In this document: in pieces, positions 46,264 to 55,992 of the stretch
Layout: each line of letters starts with the position of its first letter
How positions within the stretch are numbered: the first letter of the stretch is position 1
Assembly (NCBI GenBank): GCA_035548655.1
Contig: DASZSN010000019.1
Location: 15,245 to 79,244, forward strand
Direction: 5' to 3'
From: Minisyncoccota bacterium
Lineage (GTDB): Bacteria; Patescibacteriota; Minisyncoccia; Phycocordibacterales; UBA9973
Length of the DNA stretch: 64,000 nt
The notes under the pieces: generated by a model
Told to the model about the DNA's origin: nothing
The model's database searches: none
Seen by the model: only the letters and a program-made list of their open reading frames with translations
Made by a program: the position numbers and the translations under genes

Positions 46264-47121
46264 ATGCGTCGAATTTTTTCCATCATCATCACCATCCTCG
46301 TCATCATCGGCATCATTTTGCTCGGATCCTGGCTTTTGGCGCGCCACACTGCGGTAAAAAACGGGGGTGTTGCCCCAACATTTCGAGAATTTTTAACTCT
46401 GGGAACCAATCAGGCGGTCGCACCGACACCGCAGACAGGCGGAACACTCTCTCCTGATGTTACACAAAACGGCGAAGTGCCTTCTTCTCCAAACACTCCA
46501 TCAACTCCAAGTGCTCCATCGGATCACGTTGCCGTGAGTCAGTTCACCGGCGCTCCTACAACGCCCGCTGAGAACAATACAACCCGATCGGGGAGCGCAA
46601 ATGTCGCAACAACGCAAACATTCCCCACGTCGACTGTCGTTACCTCTACGGGAACGACGTCAGCACCAAGCGCCCCTGTCACACCTGCGGTTGCCGGCCC
46701 CGCCTGCAACGACGCTGATCTTGCCATTGATTTCACTCCCGACGAGATCACTCGTCTAAACGCGTTGCAAAATCGTTTTTATGCCATTTCTGAGAACCTT
46801 CACACCGACGCTGAAGCGGAAGCCGAGCTTGCAAACTACAACACATTCAAATCAAAAGCTGATGAGGCAACAGAGCTCTATAACTACTGCCTTGCGGAAA
46901 GCCCGCTTATCACTGCTCCTCTCTATAAAACTCGAGTAAACACACCGTTTTGGAGAGACTCCACGCGTGACAGCGCGGGATATATTAGTGGTGCGACCAG
47001 TACGCGTAACACCTTGGCTCAAAATCTCTTAAACAGTGGAGATTGGCGTGTAGTCAATCCGGAAAACCAAGACGCCGCAAAAAGAACGCTGGAACGAGTT
47101 TTTCAACTCAATCTGTGGTAA
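46264..47121 (+). CDS. Membrane-anchored P/T/S-rich protein
   Basis: N-terminal TM, low-complexity linker, helical C-terminus. Confidence 0.75.
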   Translation: MRRIFSIIITILVIIGIILLGSWLLARHTAVKNGGVAPTFREFLTLGTNQAVAPTPQTGGTLSPDVTQNGEVPSSPNTPSTPSAPSDHVAVSQFTGAPTTPAENNTTRSGSANVATTQTFPTSTVVTSTGTTSAPSAPVTPAVAGPACNDADLAIDFTPDEITRLNALQNRFYAISENLHTDAEAEAELANYNTFKSKADEATELYNYCLAESPLITAPLYKTRVNTPFWRDSTRDSAGYISGATSTRNTLAQNLLNSGDWRVVNPENQDAAKRTLERVFQLNLW

Positions 47122-47190
47122 CTGGTCAGAAAGCTTAGAAAAAGTGGGTTTTCATTAGTACGCCGTATGACTTCTTGATATACTAGTGTT

Positions 47191-50100
47191 GTGTTTTCAC
47201 GGCTATTTCGACGTAGAAAGATGAAAAAAGAACGCTGGGTCGCAATGCGTACCTCAAAAACAGTGTTGTTGTCAGTACTGCTTTTCTTTACATTATTTTC
47301 CAATGTTGCCCCGGTCTTCGCTGATGATAACTATGACTTTTTCAAAAATCTTTTCGCCGATCAAGTACAGAGCCAAAAAGATGGTGTCCCGTCAACGAGC
47401 GGTTTCCACCAAGATAGTAATGAAGTATTGGCGGCCGACCCTAGCGCCAACACCAGCGGAATAAAAACATTCAAGGCAGGACCGTGGCTTGTTATAAACG
47501 GCAATAAAAATAAAGACAGTTCAGGTAATGTCGTCGACCTTTTTTGGCATATTGTTAAAAATACCGGCGGGCAACGAGATACTACCGGGGGGACTCCTGA
47601 TGTTGCTTCTTTTGTTGTTCGCCTTGGATATAAAGATGCTACCGGGAAACAAATCTATGCGGTACAGACGATTCCTGATCGATACACACTTCCACTCGAT
47701 GGGCAGGGGAATGTTATTGACAGTCTGATCGAGAATAGCAAAAAGGAGCTCTCGTCGATACTCTTCTACATCGATGCCGCAAACAAAGATGTTTCGAGTT
47801 GGTGGGCAAAAATCGGTGCGGGATTGGGAGCACTCACCTGCGCCGCGGGAGCGGTGGGAACAGCGGGTGCAACAACTCTTGGTATCGGTGCGTGTGCGGT
47901 AGTGGGGGGAACTATCGTGAAGAATGTCGGAGGAATTTTTACCAACAGCCAAAGTTGGATGCTCGTGACCCACCAACAGCCAACTGCACTGGTAACTTTT
48001 AAAGATCCTGTTCCGTACAATACCCCAATGACCGCTGATTTTTGGTACTGCGCCGGAAACAGCGACAACGTTCCTCAAAAAGACTCCGCGGGCAATCCGA
48101 CAAACTACGCAAAGGATGGAAGTCGTGCGCCACGAGGTCCTGGGGTCGAGTATTTTACTGAGGATGGAACATGGACCGATATCAACGGAGACCACACCGG
48201 CGGCCAAGCATATGACGTTGCACAAGGTCAACGGCCTTGTGCGGATAGAACTACCATAGTTGCTTCAGCTGGGTATGGCACACAGAGTGGTACTTCGCAA
48301 ATTGCCAGTACATGGAGCAAAGATGTCACTGCCGCATTTCAAATCGGACAAACTATTACTTTCATGAGTCCGGGGAGCCTCACTGACGCAACACAACAAA
48401 ACACTCAAACCCTGGCAGGCGCGGTTCAAGGAACATCAGACCAGCGCAAAAATGCTACCGATGCCGATTTGCCGGGGTGCAATATTTTAAACGGAGTACA
48501 GATTCCCCTCATAAGTAGCGGCGAAGGATCTTTTCTTGGTTGCGTCGCACAGCTTTTTTACTATGGTATTTACTCTCCGATACAGTGGTTTGCGGGAATC
48601 ATGGGAAAGGTGTTTGACTTTTTTCTTGGATACTCGTTGAGCGACAGTGCGTATCGGGCGGACTTTGTGGTATCGGCGTGGCGCGTGATACGAGATATTT
48701 CTAACATCTTCTTTATTATCATTTTGGTATGGACCGGACTTTCGGCGATATTTGGATTTGAAAAGTTTTCGATGAAAAAGGTGGTGCCGAACCTCATCAT
48801 CAATGCACTCATCATCAATTTCAGTCTCTTCATAACACAGCTCGCCATCGACACGTCAAACATTTTTGCGCGGGTATTTTACAACGCCATCACCGTACAG
48901 CAGACAGATCCCACAACGGGACAGCTCGTGGCATCTCCTCCCGGACCGGGTGGGTACAAACAGCTTTCGGTAAAAATGGTTTCAATATTCAACCCTCAAA
49001 CGATAGTGTCCACAGCAGACACTTCGGTGGACTCGCTTCCATCGGCAATTAGTAGAAACGCTCAACTACAAGACCACAACAAGAGTGATTATGCCGCATA
49101 TTTCATTTTGTTAAGCGCAATCAGCGCGTTCATCATGTTTGGCGTAGCAATGATGTTTTGGAAAACGGCATTCTTTTTTCTCGGGAGAGTGGTCGGTCTG
49201 TACATAACGATGATCTTTTCACCGTTCGCGTTTTTGACGAGAGGCGGCATCCCGCTACTTGGGGATATCAAAAGACTTCGATGGAATGATTGGGCTTCGG
49301 ACCTTACTAACTACGCACTTCTTGCACCCATCTTCGTGTTCTTTCTCTATGTCGTCTACTTCATTGCGAACTCTCCTTTTTTGAAATCGATACGGACAGA
49401 GATTTTTGCAAACGGAGACCTCATTCCGAGAATTTTATCCATAGTGATACCGATGCTTATCCTCTACTTCTTTATTAAGTCCGGTGTTGATATAGCAAAA
49501 AAATATTCAGGGTTTGTTGGTGACATGGTACAGGAAAGCATTCAAAAAATAACTGGCGGTATCGGTGGTGTTGTCGGAACGGGGGTTGGACTTGCGGCGG
49601 GAGGGGCCGCGGTGGTGACTCGCGGTGTTGCAAGTGTGGGAGGAAAAGCGGCAAATGCCGTTGGACTCACAGGGTGGGCGGCTGCAAATGCGGATAGTAA
49701 CAACATCGCAAAGTACACCAACAAGTTTCTCCGATGGTCACAAACTTCCAGTATGGATGCTCGAAATTTGGAAATGAAGGTTGGCGGCAAAGAATTTACG
49801 TTGGGTGGAACAATCAGTAAGGGGGTCGGGACATTGAGTGGGGGGAAAGAGAAATATACCGACAAACTTTCAGATGCCCTTGGTATCGGACAAAAGCAGT
49901 ATCTTGGTGGAAACGTAAAAATACGAAAAAATCGCGACGAGCGTTTGACAAAACAAAGAAAAGAACTGATGAGCTTCGATCACCTCACAAAAGAAGAGGC
50001 TGTTGACGTGTGGAACAAGCACGTGCAGTCGCGAGCCCAGAAGAACGCAAGGACTGCAGCTGAGGAAGCGTTTGCAAATTCGGCAAACCCCGAATATGCC

Positions 50101-51108
50101 GCCTTGAGTGAGGCTCTCAGAGCAAAGAATGCCGAACTCGAAGCAAAAGCAGGGGAGATGAATCGTCTCCATGAACAGATGCGCGCCCCGGGAGTAACTA
50201 CTGCAGAGAAGAACTCTTTGCAAGCGGAGCTTAACGACAAGGAACCCGAGTTTCGAGAGCTTCGAACGGAAGTAATCAACATGGAGAACCAGAGACAAAC
50301 CATGCTTGCAAATACACTCAACCAAAACAAAGGGTACAAACAATCCGATGCATACACTGCGGTTGTTAATACTGAGAAAAAGAAGCTTGACGACAAGTAC
50401 GGTGAGATCAAGGATGTAAAGGCGCTTACCGCCGCGATGCGTGCGGAATACGGAGAAGAAATCTTGCGCCAATCGCTCTGGCTTAAGAACGGCAACCTTC
50501 GTAAGCTTCCACCATATGTCGGCGGCATTCCTGCGTCCGGCGCAGGTGGATATGTTTCTGCCGCAGTCACGTCACTTTCGACCGCACTTGATGCGGCACT
50601 TGGAGGAACTGTTGGTGTCTTGGTTGATAACTACATCAAAGAAATTCAAGGCTCGAGCAAGCGAAGCGCTGAAAGCCTCATAACTGAATTTAAAAAGAGT
50701 CAAGGAAAGGGAAGTAAGGTGACAAAACTCAAGGAAAAGATAAAAAATGCAAACAAAGAAATTAAGGAGGCTCTGGAACTTCATCCGGAAAAAGAAAATG
50801 ATCGCTTTAAAGGGAAAGTTGAAGAAATGAATGATTCAATAGTTGAAGAGATAATCGGCGAAGCGGTTGCGCAACACCAAGCAGATGTTGACGATCTTGA
50901 TGAAAAAATCAGACGGGAAACAAACGCCGAGGAAAAACGACGCCTTGAAATTAACCGCGCGAAACTAAACAACAAGATAAAGAAGTTGAACAAAGTGCTT
51001 GAGGATCGAGACCGCGCTCAAAACGAACTTGAGAAGTACGAATCAGAGCAGAAGAAAAAAGAGGAAGGGAAGGGAGGAGGTGGAAAAGAAGATAAAAAAG
51101 GTGAATGA
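47191..51108 (+). CDS. Giant VirB6/TrbL-like multi-TM protein
   Basis: AWRVIRDISNIFFIIIL, LIINALIINFSLFITQLAIDTSN, GLYITMIFSPFAFL; Gly-rich segment and coiled-coil tail; exact start uncertain. Confidence 0.8.
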   Translation: MFSRLFRRRKMKKERWVAMRTSKTVLLSVLLFFTLFSNVAPVFADDNYDFFKNLFADQVQSQKDGVPSTSGFHQDSNEVLAADPSANTSGIKTFKAGPWLVINGNKNKDSSGNVVDLFWHIVKNTGGQRDTTGGTPDVASFVVRLGYKDATGKQIYAVQTIPDRYTLPLDGQGNVIDSLIENSKKELSSILFYIDAANKDVSSWWAKIGAGLGALTCAAGAVGTAGATTLGIGACAVVGGTIVKNVGGIFTNSQSWMLVTHQQPTALVTFKDPVPYNTPMTADFWYCAGNSDNVPQKDSAGNPTNYAKDGSRAPRGPGVEYFTEDGTWTDINGDHTGGQAYDVAQGQRPCADRTTIVASAGYGTQSGTSQIASTWSKDVTAAFQIGQTITFMSPGSLTDATQQNTQTLAGAVQGTSDQRKNATDADLPGCNILNGVQIPLISSGEGSFLGCVAQLFYYGIYSPIQWFAGIMGKVFDFFLGYSLSDSAYRADFVVSAWRVIRDISNIFFIIILVWTGLSAIFGFEKFSMKKVVPNLIINALIINFSLFITQLAIDTSNIFARVFYNAITVQQTDPTTGQLVASPPGPGGYKQLSVKMVSIFNPQTIVSTADTSVDSLPSAISRNAQLQDHNKSDYAAYFILLSAISAFIMFGVAMMFWKTAFFFLGRVVGLYITMIFSPFAFLTRGGIPLLGDIKRLRWNDWASDLTNYALLAPIFVFFLYVVYFIANSPFLKSIRTEIFANGDLIPRILSIVIPMLILYFFIKSGVDIAKKYSGFVGDMVQESIQKITGGIGGVVGTGVGLAAGGAAVVTRGVASVGGKAANAVGLTGWAAANADSNNIAKYTNKFLRWSQTSSMDARNLEMKVGGKEFTLGGTISKGVGTLSGGKEKYTDKLSDALGIGQKQYLGGNVKIRKNRDERLTKQRKELMSFDHLTKEEAVDVWNKHVQSRAQKNARTAAEEAFANSANPEYAALSEALRAKNAELEAKAGEMNRLHEQMRAPGVTTAEKNSLQAELNDKEPEFRELRTEVINMENQRQTMLANTLNQNKGYKQSDAYTAVVNTEKKKLDDKYGEIKDVKALTAAMRAEYGEEILRQSLWLKNGNLRKLPPYVGGIPASGAGGYVSAAVTSLSTALDAALGGTVGVLVDNYIKEIQGSSKRSAESLITEFKKSQGKGSKVTKLKEKIKNANKEIKEALELHPEKENDRFKGKVEEMNDSIVEEIIGEAVAQHQADVDDLDEKIRRETNAEEKRRLEINRAKLNNKIKKLNKVLEDRDRAQNELEKYESEQKKKEEGKGGGGKEDKKGE

Positions 51109-51635
51109 AAATAACCATGGATATCACTAATACACAACAGAACGATTTCGACGATTCGCTCATCAACGTCCCTGAGGAAGTACAGGACTTTATGTTCAGC
51201 GACGATTTTGATGTCATCTTTCTCGCGATACAACGTGCGTGCTCGCTTACCGACTCTGAACGAGAGTTCGTAAAAAGTCTTACCTATAGCTTACTCGTTG
51301 AGGATATCGATATGGATGAGTTGACGCAAAAACTGGTGGGAACAGGAATGAAAACGGAAACAGTCGCAAACGTCGTCGTCGCGATCAATGAAGAAATACT
51401 CACTCGGGTACAACATATTACCGAGTTTTATTCAGGAGATGAGGAGACAGACACAGTATCAGATGCACCAAGCCCCGCGGACGTCATCGAAACGATCAAA
51501 CGTCGTCTCACTCAGCCGCAAGCGATTGCGCCAACCGCGCGCAGGCTCGATATCAGCAAAACTCCCGAGCTTCCCGCGCCACCAAAACCGACGCCCCGAC
51601 AAGGTGACGATCCATATAGAGAAAAGCCTCTCTAG
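51105..51635 (+). CDS. Acidic hypothetical protein with C-terminal DPYRE motif
   Basis: Overlaps the upstream stop; ends ...DDPYREKPL. Confidence 0.75.
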   Translation: MKITMDITNTQQNDFDDSLINVPEEVQDFMFSDDFDVIFLAIQRACSLTDSEREFVKSLTYSLLVEDIDMDELTQKLVGTGMKTETVANVVVAINEEILTRVQHITEFYSGDEETDTVSDAPSPADVIETIKRRLTQPQAIAPTARRLDISKTPELPAPPKPTPRQGDDPYREKPL

Positions 51636-51713
51636 TGGTGGATGCAACCACCACAAGTGAATGTAACACTCCCTATATCTGTCTAAAAGGCGAGGGTACG
51701 GTATACTTACGTT

Positions 51714-52124
51714 ATGCAGTTCAAGGTTCCGCAGTTTATTGATGTTGAGGATAAAGTAATCGGTCCGTTGACGTTCAAACAATTTGCATACCTCGCCGGA
51801 GGGGGAGGACTTGTGTATCTTGCATTCAGATTGCTTCCGACACTTGTCGCATTTCCGGTCGCGGCCGCATTTGCCGCACTCGCACTTGCACTCGCATTCT
51901 TTAAATACAACGAAAAACCCTTTTCGTATCTTCTGGAGTCCTTTGTTCGATTTCATCTCCGCTCCCGCCTCTACCTCTGGCACAAACAACCACACATCAA
52001 AGAGAAGGAGCCGGCGGAAAAGGTCGAGAAACGAAGCTTTTTTGATCGTTCGGCACTCACTGAAAGCAAACTCAAGACACTTTCATGGTCGCTTGATGTG
52101 ATTGATCCGAAGAGTAGTGAATAA
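51714..52124 (+). CDS. PrgI family (VirB3-like) protein
   Basis: MQFKVPQFIDVEDKVIGPLTFKQF plus 2 TMs. Confidence 0.9.
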   Translation: MQFKVPQFIDVEDKVIGPLTFKQFAYLAGGGGLVYLAFRLLPTLVAFPVAAAFAALALALAFFKYNEKPFSYLLESFVRFHLRSRLYLWHKQPHIKEKEPAEKVEKRSFFDRSALTESKLKTLSWSLDVIDPKSSE

Positions 52125-52125
52125 T

Positions 52126-52764
52126 ATGGCAACGCTTGGTGCTCCGGCACAACAATTCGTCCCTGTCAAAGAAGTCCGCGATGGTATCATCGTGCTCAAA
52201 GACGGCACACTCTGCGCGGTGCTCCTCGTCTCGTCGATCAACCTCACCCTTAAAGCATATGATGAACAGCGAGCGGTGCTGTTGCAGTTTCAAGGATTTC
52301 TCAATACGCTTGATTTTCCAATTCAGATTGTGATCCAATCGCGCCGCTATGACATCCGACCCTATATTTTGACGCTTGAAAATCGCCTTAAAAGCATCAA
52401 CGAACAGCTATTGCAGATACAAACGAGAGAGTACATCGAATTCATCCAATCTTTCACCGATCAGGTGAACATTATGAAGAAGTCATTTTTTATTGTCATC
52501 CCCTATGTACCTGCGATCCTCAAACAAGAAAAAGGAGTGGGGAAACTTCTTTCATTTTTCAAAAAGCCTCCGAGCGCACAGGTCGCTGTGTCGGACTTTG
52601 AAGAAGAGCGTTCACAACTTGAAGAACGAATGAGTGTCGTTGAACAGGGACTTACCGGCCTCGGACTTCGGCTGGTGCAGTTAGGCACACAGGAGGCAAT
52701 CGAGCTTCTCTACAAGACGTTCAATCCCGGCGACACCGCTTCGGAAGCAAAACCGACGAAGTAA
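52126..52764 (+). CDS. VirB4-associated (TraC-like) protein
   Basis: VRDGIIVLKDG, SSINLTLKAYDEQ, FLNTLDFPIQIVIQSRR. Confidence 0.8.
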   Translation: MATLGAPAQQFVPVKEVRDGIIVLKDGTLCAVLLVSSINLTLKAYDEQRAVLLQFQGFLNTLDFPIQIVIQSRRYDIRPYILTLENRLKSINEQLLQIQTREYIEFIQSFTDQVNIMKKSFFIVIPYVPAILKQEKGVGKLLSFFKKPPSAQVAVSDFEEERSQLEERMSVVEQGLTGLGLRLVQLGTQEAIELLYKTFNPGDTASEAKPTK

Positions 52765-52765
52765 A

Positions 52766-52800
52766 AAGTTCGTCAAGTTGTCAGGTTATCAAGTGGTGAA
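52766..52800. repeat. 8-9-nt tandem repeats, left arm
   Basis: AAGTTCGTC AAGTTGTC AGGTTATC AAGTGGTG AA. Confidence 0.7.
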
Positions 52801-52803
52801 CAC

Positions 52804-53142
52804 ATGAGGCACTTTGAAGACATACAAGCATGGCAAAAAGCAAAAGCATTGACTGTTCTTATTTACGAAGATTTTTCCACCTGTAAGGATTTTTCGTTTA
52901 AAAATCAGATTGAACGAGCGAGTGTTTCAATCATGAACAACATTGCTGAGGGGTTTGAACGACAGACAAACAAAGAGTTTAGAAACTTTCTCTATATCGC
53001 GAAAGGATCCTGTGGGGAGGTGCGGTCAATGCTCTCTGTCGCGAAAGACCTTCACTACATCCATGAGAAAAAGTTTGAGGTTGTAACAAATCTATCTCTT
53101 GAAGTGATAAAAATGATTTCTGGATTGATCAAAAAGCTCTAA
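52804..53142 (+). CDS. Four helix bundle protein (23S rRNA IVP-like family)
   Basis: FEDIQAWQKA...QIERASVSIMNNIAEGFER...FLYIAKGSCGEVRS...MISGLIK. Confidence 0.93.
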   Translation: MRHFEDIQAWQKAKALTVLIYEDFSTCKDFSFKNQIERASVSIMNNIAEGFERQTNKEFRNFLYIAKGSCGEVRSMLSVAKDLHYIHEKKFEVVTNLSLEVIKMISGLIKKL

Positions 53143-53178
53143 CTTGACAAGCTTGATAACTTTATAAACTTTATAACT
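53141..53178. repeat. 8-9-nt tandem repeats, right arm (inverted relative to left)
   Basis: AACTTGAC AAGCTTGAT AACTTTAT AAACTTTAT AACT. Confidence 0.7.
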
Positions 53179-53198
53179 CGCGGTATACTTACCGCCGT

Positions 53199-55013
53199 AT
53201 GGCACTTTTTTCTAAAAAGGAACGCGACGAGAAACAACATTCTCTCACTCCGATTCCCATGGAGGATGTCTACGAGTGGGCGACCATGGAGCTTGCGGAC
53301 AAAATCGCTCCGTCGGCAATCGAAATCACTCCTCGAAGCATGCGCATCGGAGACAAAATCGTCCGAAGCTTTTTCGTGATTGCTTACCCACGATTTCTCA
53401 CTGACAACTGGCTCACTCCAATCATCAACCTCGACAAAGTGTTCGATATCGCGATGTATATCAGCCCGATTGAAACCGCGGAGCTTCTGCGTCATTTCCA
53501 AAAAAAGATTGCTGAGGTCGAAAGCCAAATCATCACTCGTCAACAGCGCGGGCTCGTACGGGACCCTCGGCTTGATACCGCCTATCAAGATCTAGAGGGA
53601 TTGCGCGACAATCTCACTCAGGCACAAGAAAAAATGTTCGATGTCGGATTTTATATCACTATCTATGCCGACAATGAGAACGACTTGTTTCGAACAGAAA
53701 GTGAGCTTCGATCCTTGTTTGAATCAAAGATGATTTACATCAAACCGACACTTTTTCAAGAAGAGGATGGGTTCAAAACAGTCGTGCCGCTTGGGACCGA
53801 TCGCCTCAGTGTGACACAGAAGCTCAATTCGGAGCCGATTTCGAGTATGTTTCCATTCGTTTCGTTCGATCTCACCTCGGACACCGGCATCCTCTATGGC
53901 GTCAATCGACACAATTCATCGCTCATCATTTTTGACCGCTTCTCGCTCGAAAACTACAATTCCATCATTTTTGCAAAAGCGGGCGCGGGGAAAAGCTACG
54001 CTACCAAGCTCGAAATTATCCGCACCCTTATGTTCGATACCGAAGTACTCGTTATCGACCCGGAGCGTGAGTATGAGTACTTGGCGGAAGCGGTTGGGGG
54101 ACGATACTTTAACATCTCACTTTCTTCTGATCACCATATCAATCCATTCGATCTGCCGATACCGCGAGAAGATGAGGCGCCGGCGGATGTACTGCGAAGC
54201 AATGTCATCAACTTGGTCGGATTGTTCCGAATCATGCTCGGCGGACTCTCTCCTGAAGAAGATTCGCTCGTTGACCGGGCAATCACTGAGACGTACGCGC
54301 TCAAAGACATCAGCGCGGAGTCAGACTTTTCAAAGGTCGAGCCGCCGCTTCTTTCAGATTTTGAAATGGTGCTCCAGGGAATGGAGGGAACTGAGTCGCT
54401 TCTCCAGCGCCTTACCAAGTTCACTCACGGCTCGTGGGCAAACTTCATCAACCAACCAACAAACGTCGATATCAACAAAAAATTCGTTGTGTTCTCGGTA
54501 CGTGATATGGAAGACGATCTCAAACCGGCGGCAATGTATATCGTGACGCATTTTATCTGGAACGCGATTCGCAAAGAACTCAAAAAGCGTCTCCTTGTCG
54601 TGGATGAAGCGTGGTGGATGATGAAAAGCGACGATACTGCCTCGTTCCTTTATTCGATCGCCAAGCGCGGCCGCAAATACTATCTGGGCCTTGCGACCAT
54701 CACTCAAGACGTTGGGGACTTCATGAAGAGCCCGTACGGAGTGCCGATTGTCACGAACTCCTCCATTCAACTGCTCCTCAAACAATCTCCCGCTACCATC
54801 GACATCCTAAAACAGACATTTAACCTCACTGATGAGGAGAAGTATTTGTTGCTTGAGTCCGGTGTTGGGGAGGGGATTTTCTTTGCCGGGCTCAAACATG
54901 TGGCGATCAAGATCATTGCCTCGTATACCGAAGATCAGATCATCACATCCGACCCGTCACAAATCATCTCGATCCGGCAGGCACAAAAGGAATTTCGAGA
55001 GCAACACGCATAG
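53199..55013 (+). CDS. VirB4-like ATPase
   Basis: LYGVNRHN, Walker A AKAGAGKS, IDPEREY, INPFDL, Walker B VVDEAW, KRGRKY, TITQDV. Confidence 0.92.
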   Translation: MALFSKKERDEKQHSLTPIPMEDVYEWATMELADKIAPSAIEITPRSMRIGDKIVRSFFVIAYPRFLTDNWLTPIINLDKVFDIAMYISPIETAELLRHFQKKIAEVESQIITRQQRGLVRDPRLDTAYQDLEGLRDNLTQAQEKMFDVGFYITIYADNENDLFRTESELRSLFESKMIYIKPTLFQEEDGFKTVVPLGTDRLSVTQKLNSEPISSMFPFVSFDLTSDTGILYGVNRHNSSLIIFDRFSLENYNSIIFAKAGAGKSYATKLEIIRTLMFDTEVLVIDPEREYEYLAEAVGGRYFNISLSSDHHINPFDLPIPREDEAPADVLRSNVINLVGLFRIMLGGLSPEEDSLVDRAITETYALKDISAESDFSKVEPPLLSDFEMVLQGMEGTESLLQRLTKFTHGSWANFINQPTNVDINKKFVVFSVRDMEDDLKPAAMYIVTHFIWNAIRKELKKRLLVVDEAWWMMKSDDTASFLYSIAKRGRKYYLGLATITQDVGDFMKSPYGVPIVTNSSIQLLLKQSPATIDILKQTFNLTDEEKYLLLESGVGEGIFFAGLKHVAIKIIASYTEDQIITSDPSQIISIRQAQKEFREQHA

Positions 55014-55038
55014 GACAGGTAAATGTTATACTTTCTCT

Positions 55039-55992
55039 ATGTATATGGTGCGCCTTTTTATACTCTTCGGTTTGATTTTTTCCTCTGCTTTAGTCGCCAA
55101 CGCGCAATTTCAACAACAGCAGTCGGTTGATCTCTCCATCAACATAATCCCCACCGATCCGGCTCCTCTGCAAACGGTGTCGCTTGAAGCGGAAAGCTTT
55201 GCCGTCAATCTCGATCAGGCGAATCTCTCCTGGACCTATGGGGGAAAAACGATTGCAAACGGCGTCGGACAAAAGAGGGTTTCCATTACGGCCCCCGCGG
55301 CGGGAAATGTCGCGACAGTTACTGTCACCGTCTCTGGCCTCGGACTTACCCCACTGTCCGCAAGCGTCACTTTGAATCCGGGCAGTATCGATGTGTTGTG
55401 GGAAGGGGCGGACGCATATACACCCCCGTTTTATAAAGGGAGAGCGCTTCCTGCGCCAAACGGAGTGATTCGCGCGGTCGCCATTCCTTCGACTGCGGCA
55501 CCGAGCCAGGTCAGTTATAACTGGACGAACAATGACTCCGCGATGGCGAACATCTCAGGCGTCGGTCGATCGAGTGTGCTTATATCGAATGATTTGTTTG
55601 ATAGGAGTGAAAACATCTCAGTCACCGTTGCCGGAGGGCTTTTTCAGGGAAACGGAAAGGTGAGTGTCACTCCACAAACACCAACGATCGTCGGGTATCA
55701 AAAAAGTGAAGGGTTTATTGATTATGCGAACGGTTCCACTGGCAACGTTGGGATCGCCGACGGAGGAGCGATCATCCATTTTGAACCGTTCTTTTTCTCA
55801 ACGCCGCGCGACCTCTCCGGACTCTCGTTTGAAATGAAAAATGGGGATACGGATATTTTCAATGTTCCTAAAAACGAGCTTCGTATATCGCGCCCAAGTG
55901 ATGACGGAACAAGCAACATTTCTGTCGGCGTATCGACGAACGTCTACACCCTACAGAATATAACAAAAGACTTCACCTTTACGTTCCAATGA
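55039..55992 (+). CDS. Secreted Ig-like protein
   Basis: Start moved to ATG 55039 (TATACT 6 nt upstream); signal ANA|Q; DVLWEGADAYTPPFYKGRALP. Confidence 0.8.
   Translation: MYMVRLFILFGLIFSSALVANAQFQQQQSVDLSINIIPTDPAPLQTVSLEAESFAVNLDQANLSWTYGGKTIANGVGQKRVSITAPAAGNVATVTVTVSGLGLTPLSASVTLNPGSIDVLWEGADAYTPPFYKGRALPAPNGVIRAVAIPSTAAPSQVSYNWTNNDSAMANISGVGRSSVLISNDLFDRSENISVTVAGGLFQGNGKVSVTPQTPTIVGYQKSEGFIDYANGSTGNVGIADGGAIIHFEPFFFSTPRDLSGLSFEMKNGDTDIFNVPKNELRISRPSDDGTSNISVGVSTNVYTLQNITKDFTFTFQ

Noticed and set aside
52804-53142. Diversity-generating retroelement (Avd-like gene)
   Set aside because: No reverse transcriptase and no template/variable repeat pair seen in the window
54832-55038. N-terminal extension of the Ig-like ORF overlapping virB4 (likewise the track's longer starts for cca, rpsO and the PKD gene)
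   Set aside because: A better start with a -10 box and/or signal peptide lies downstream
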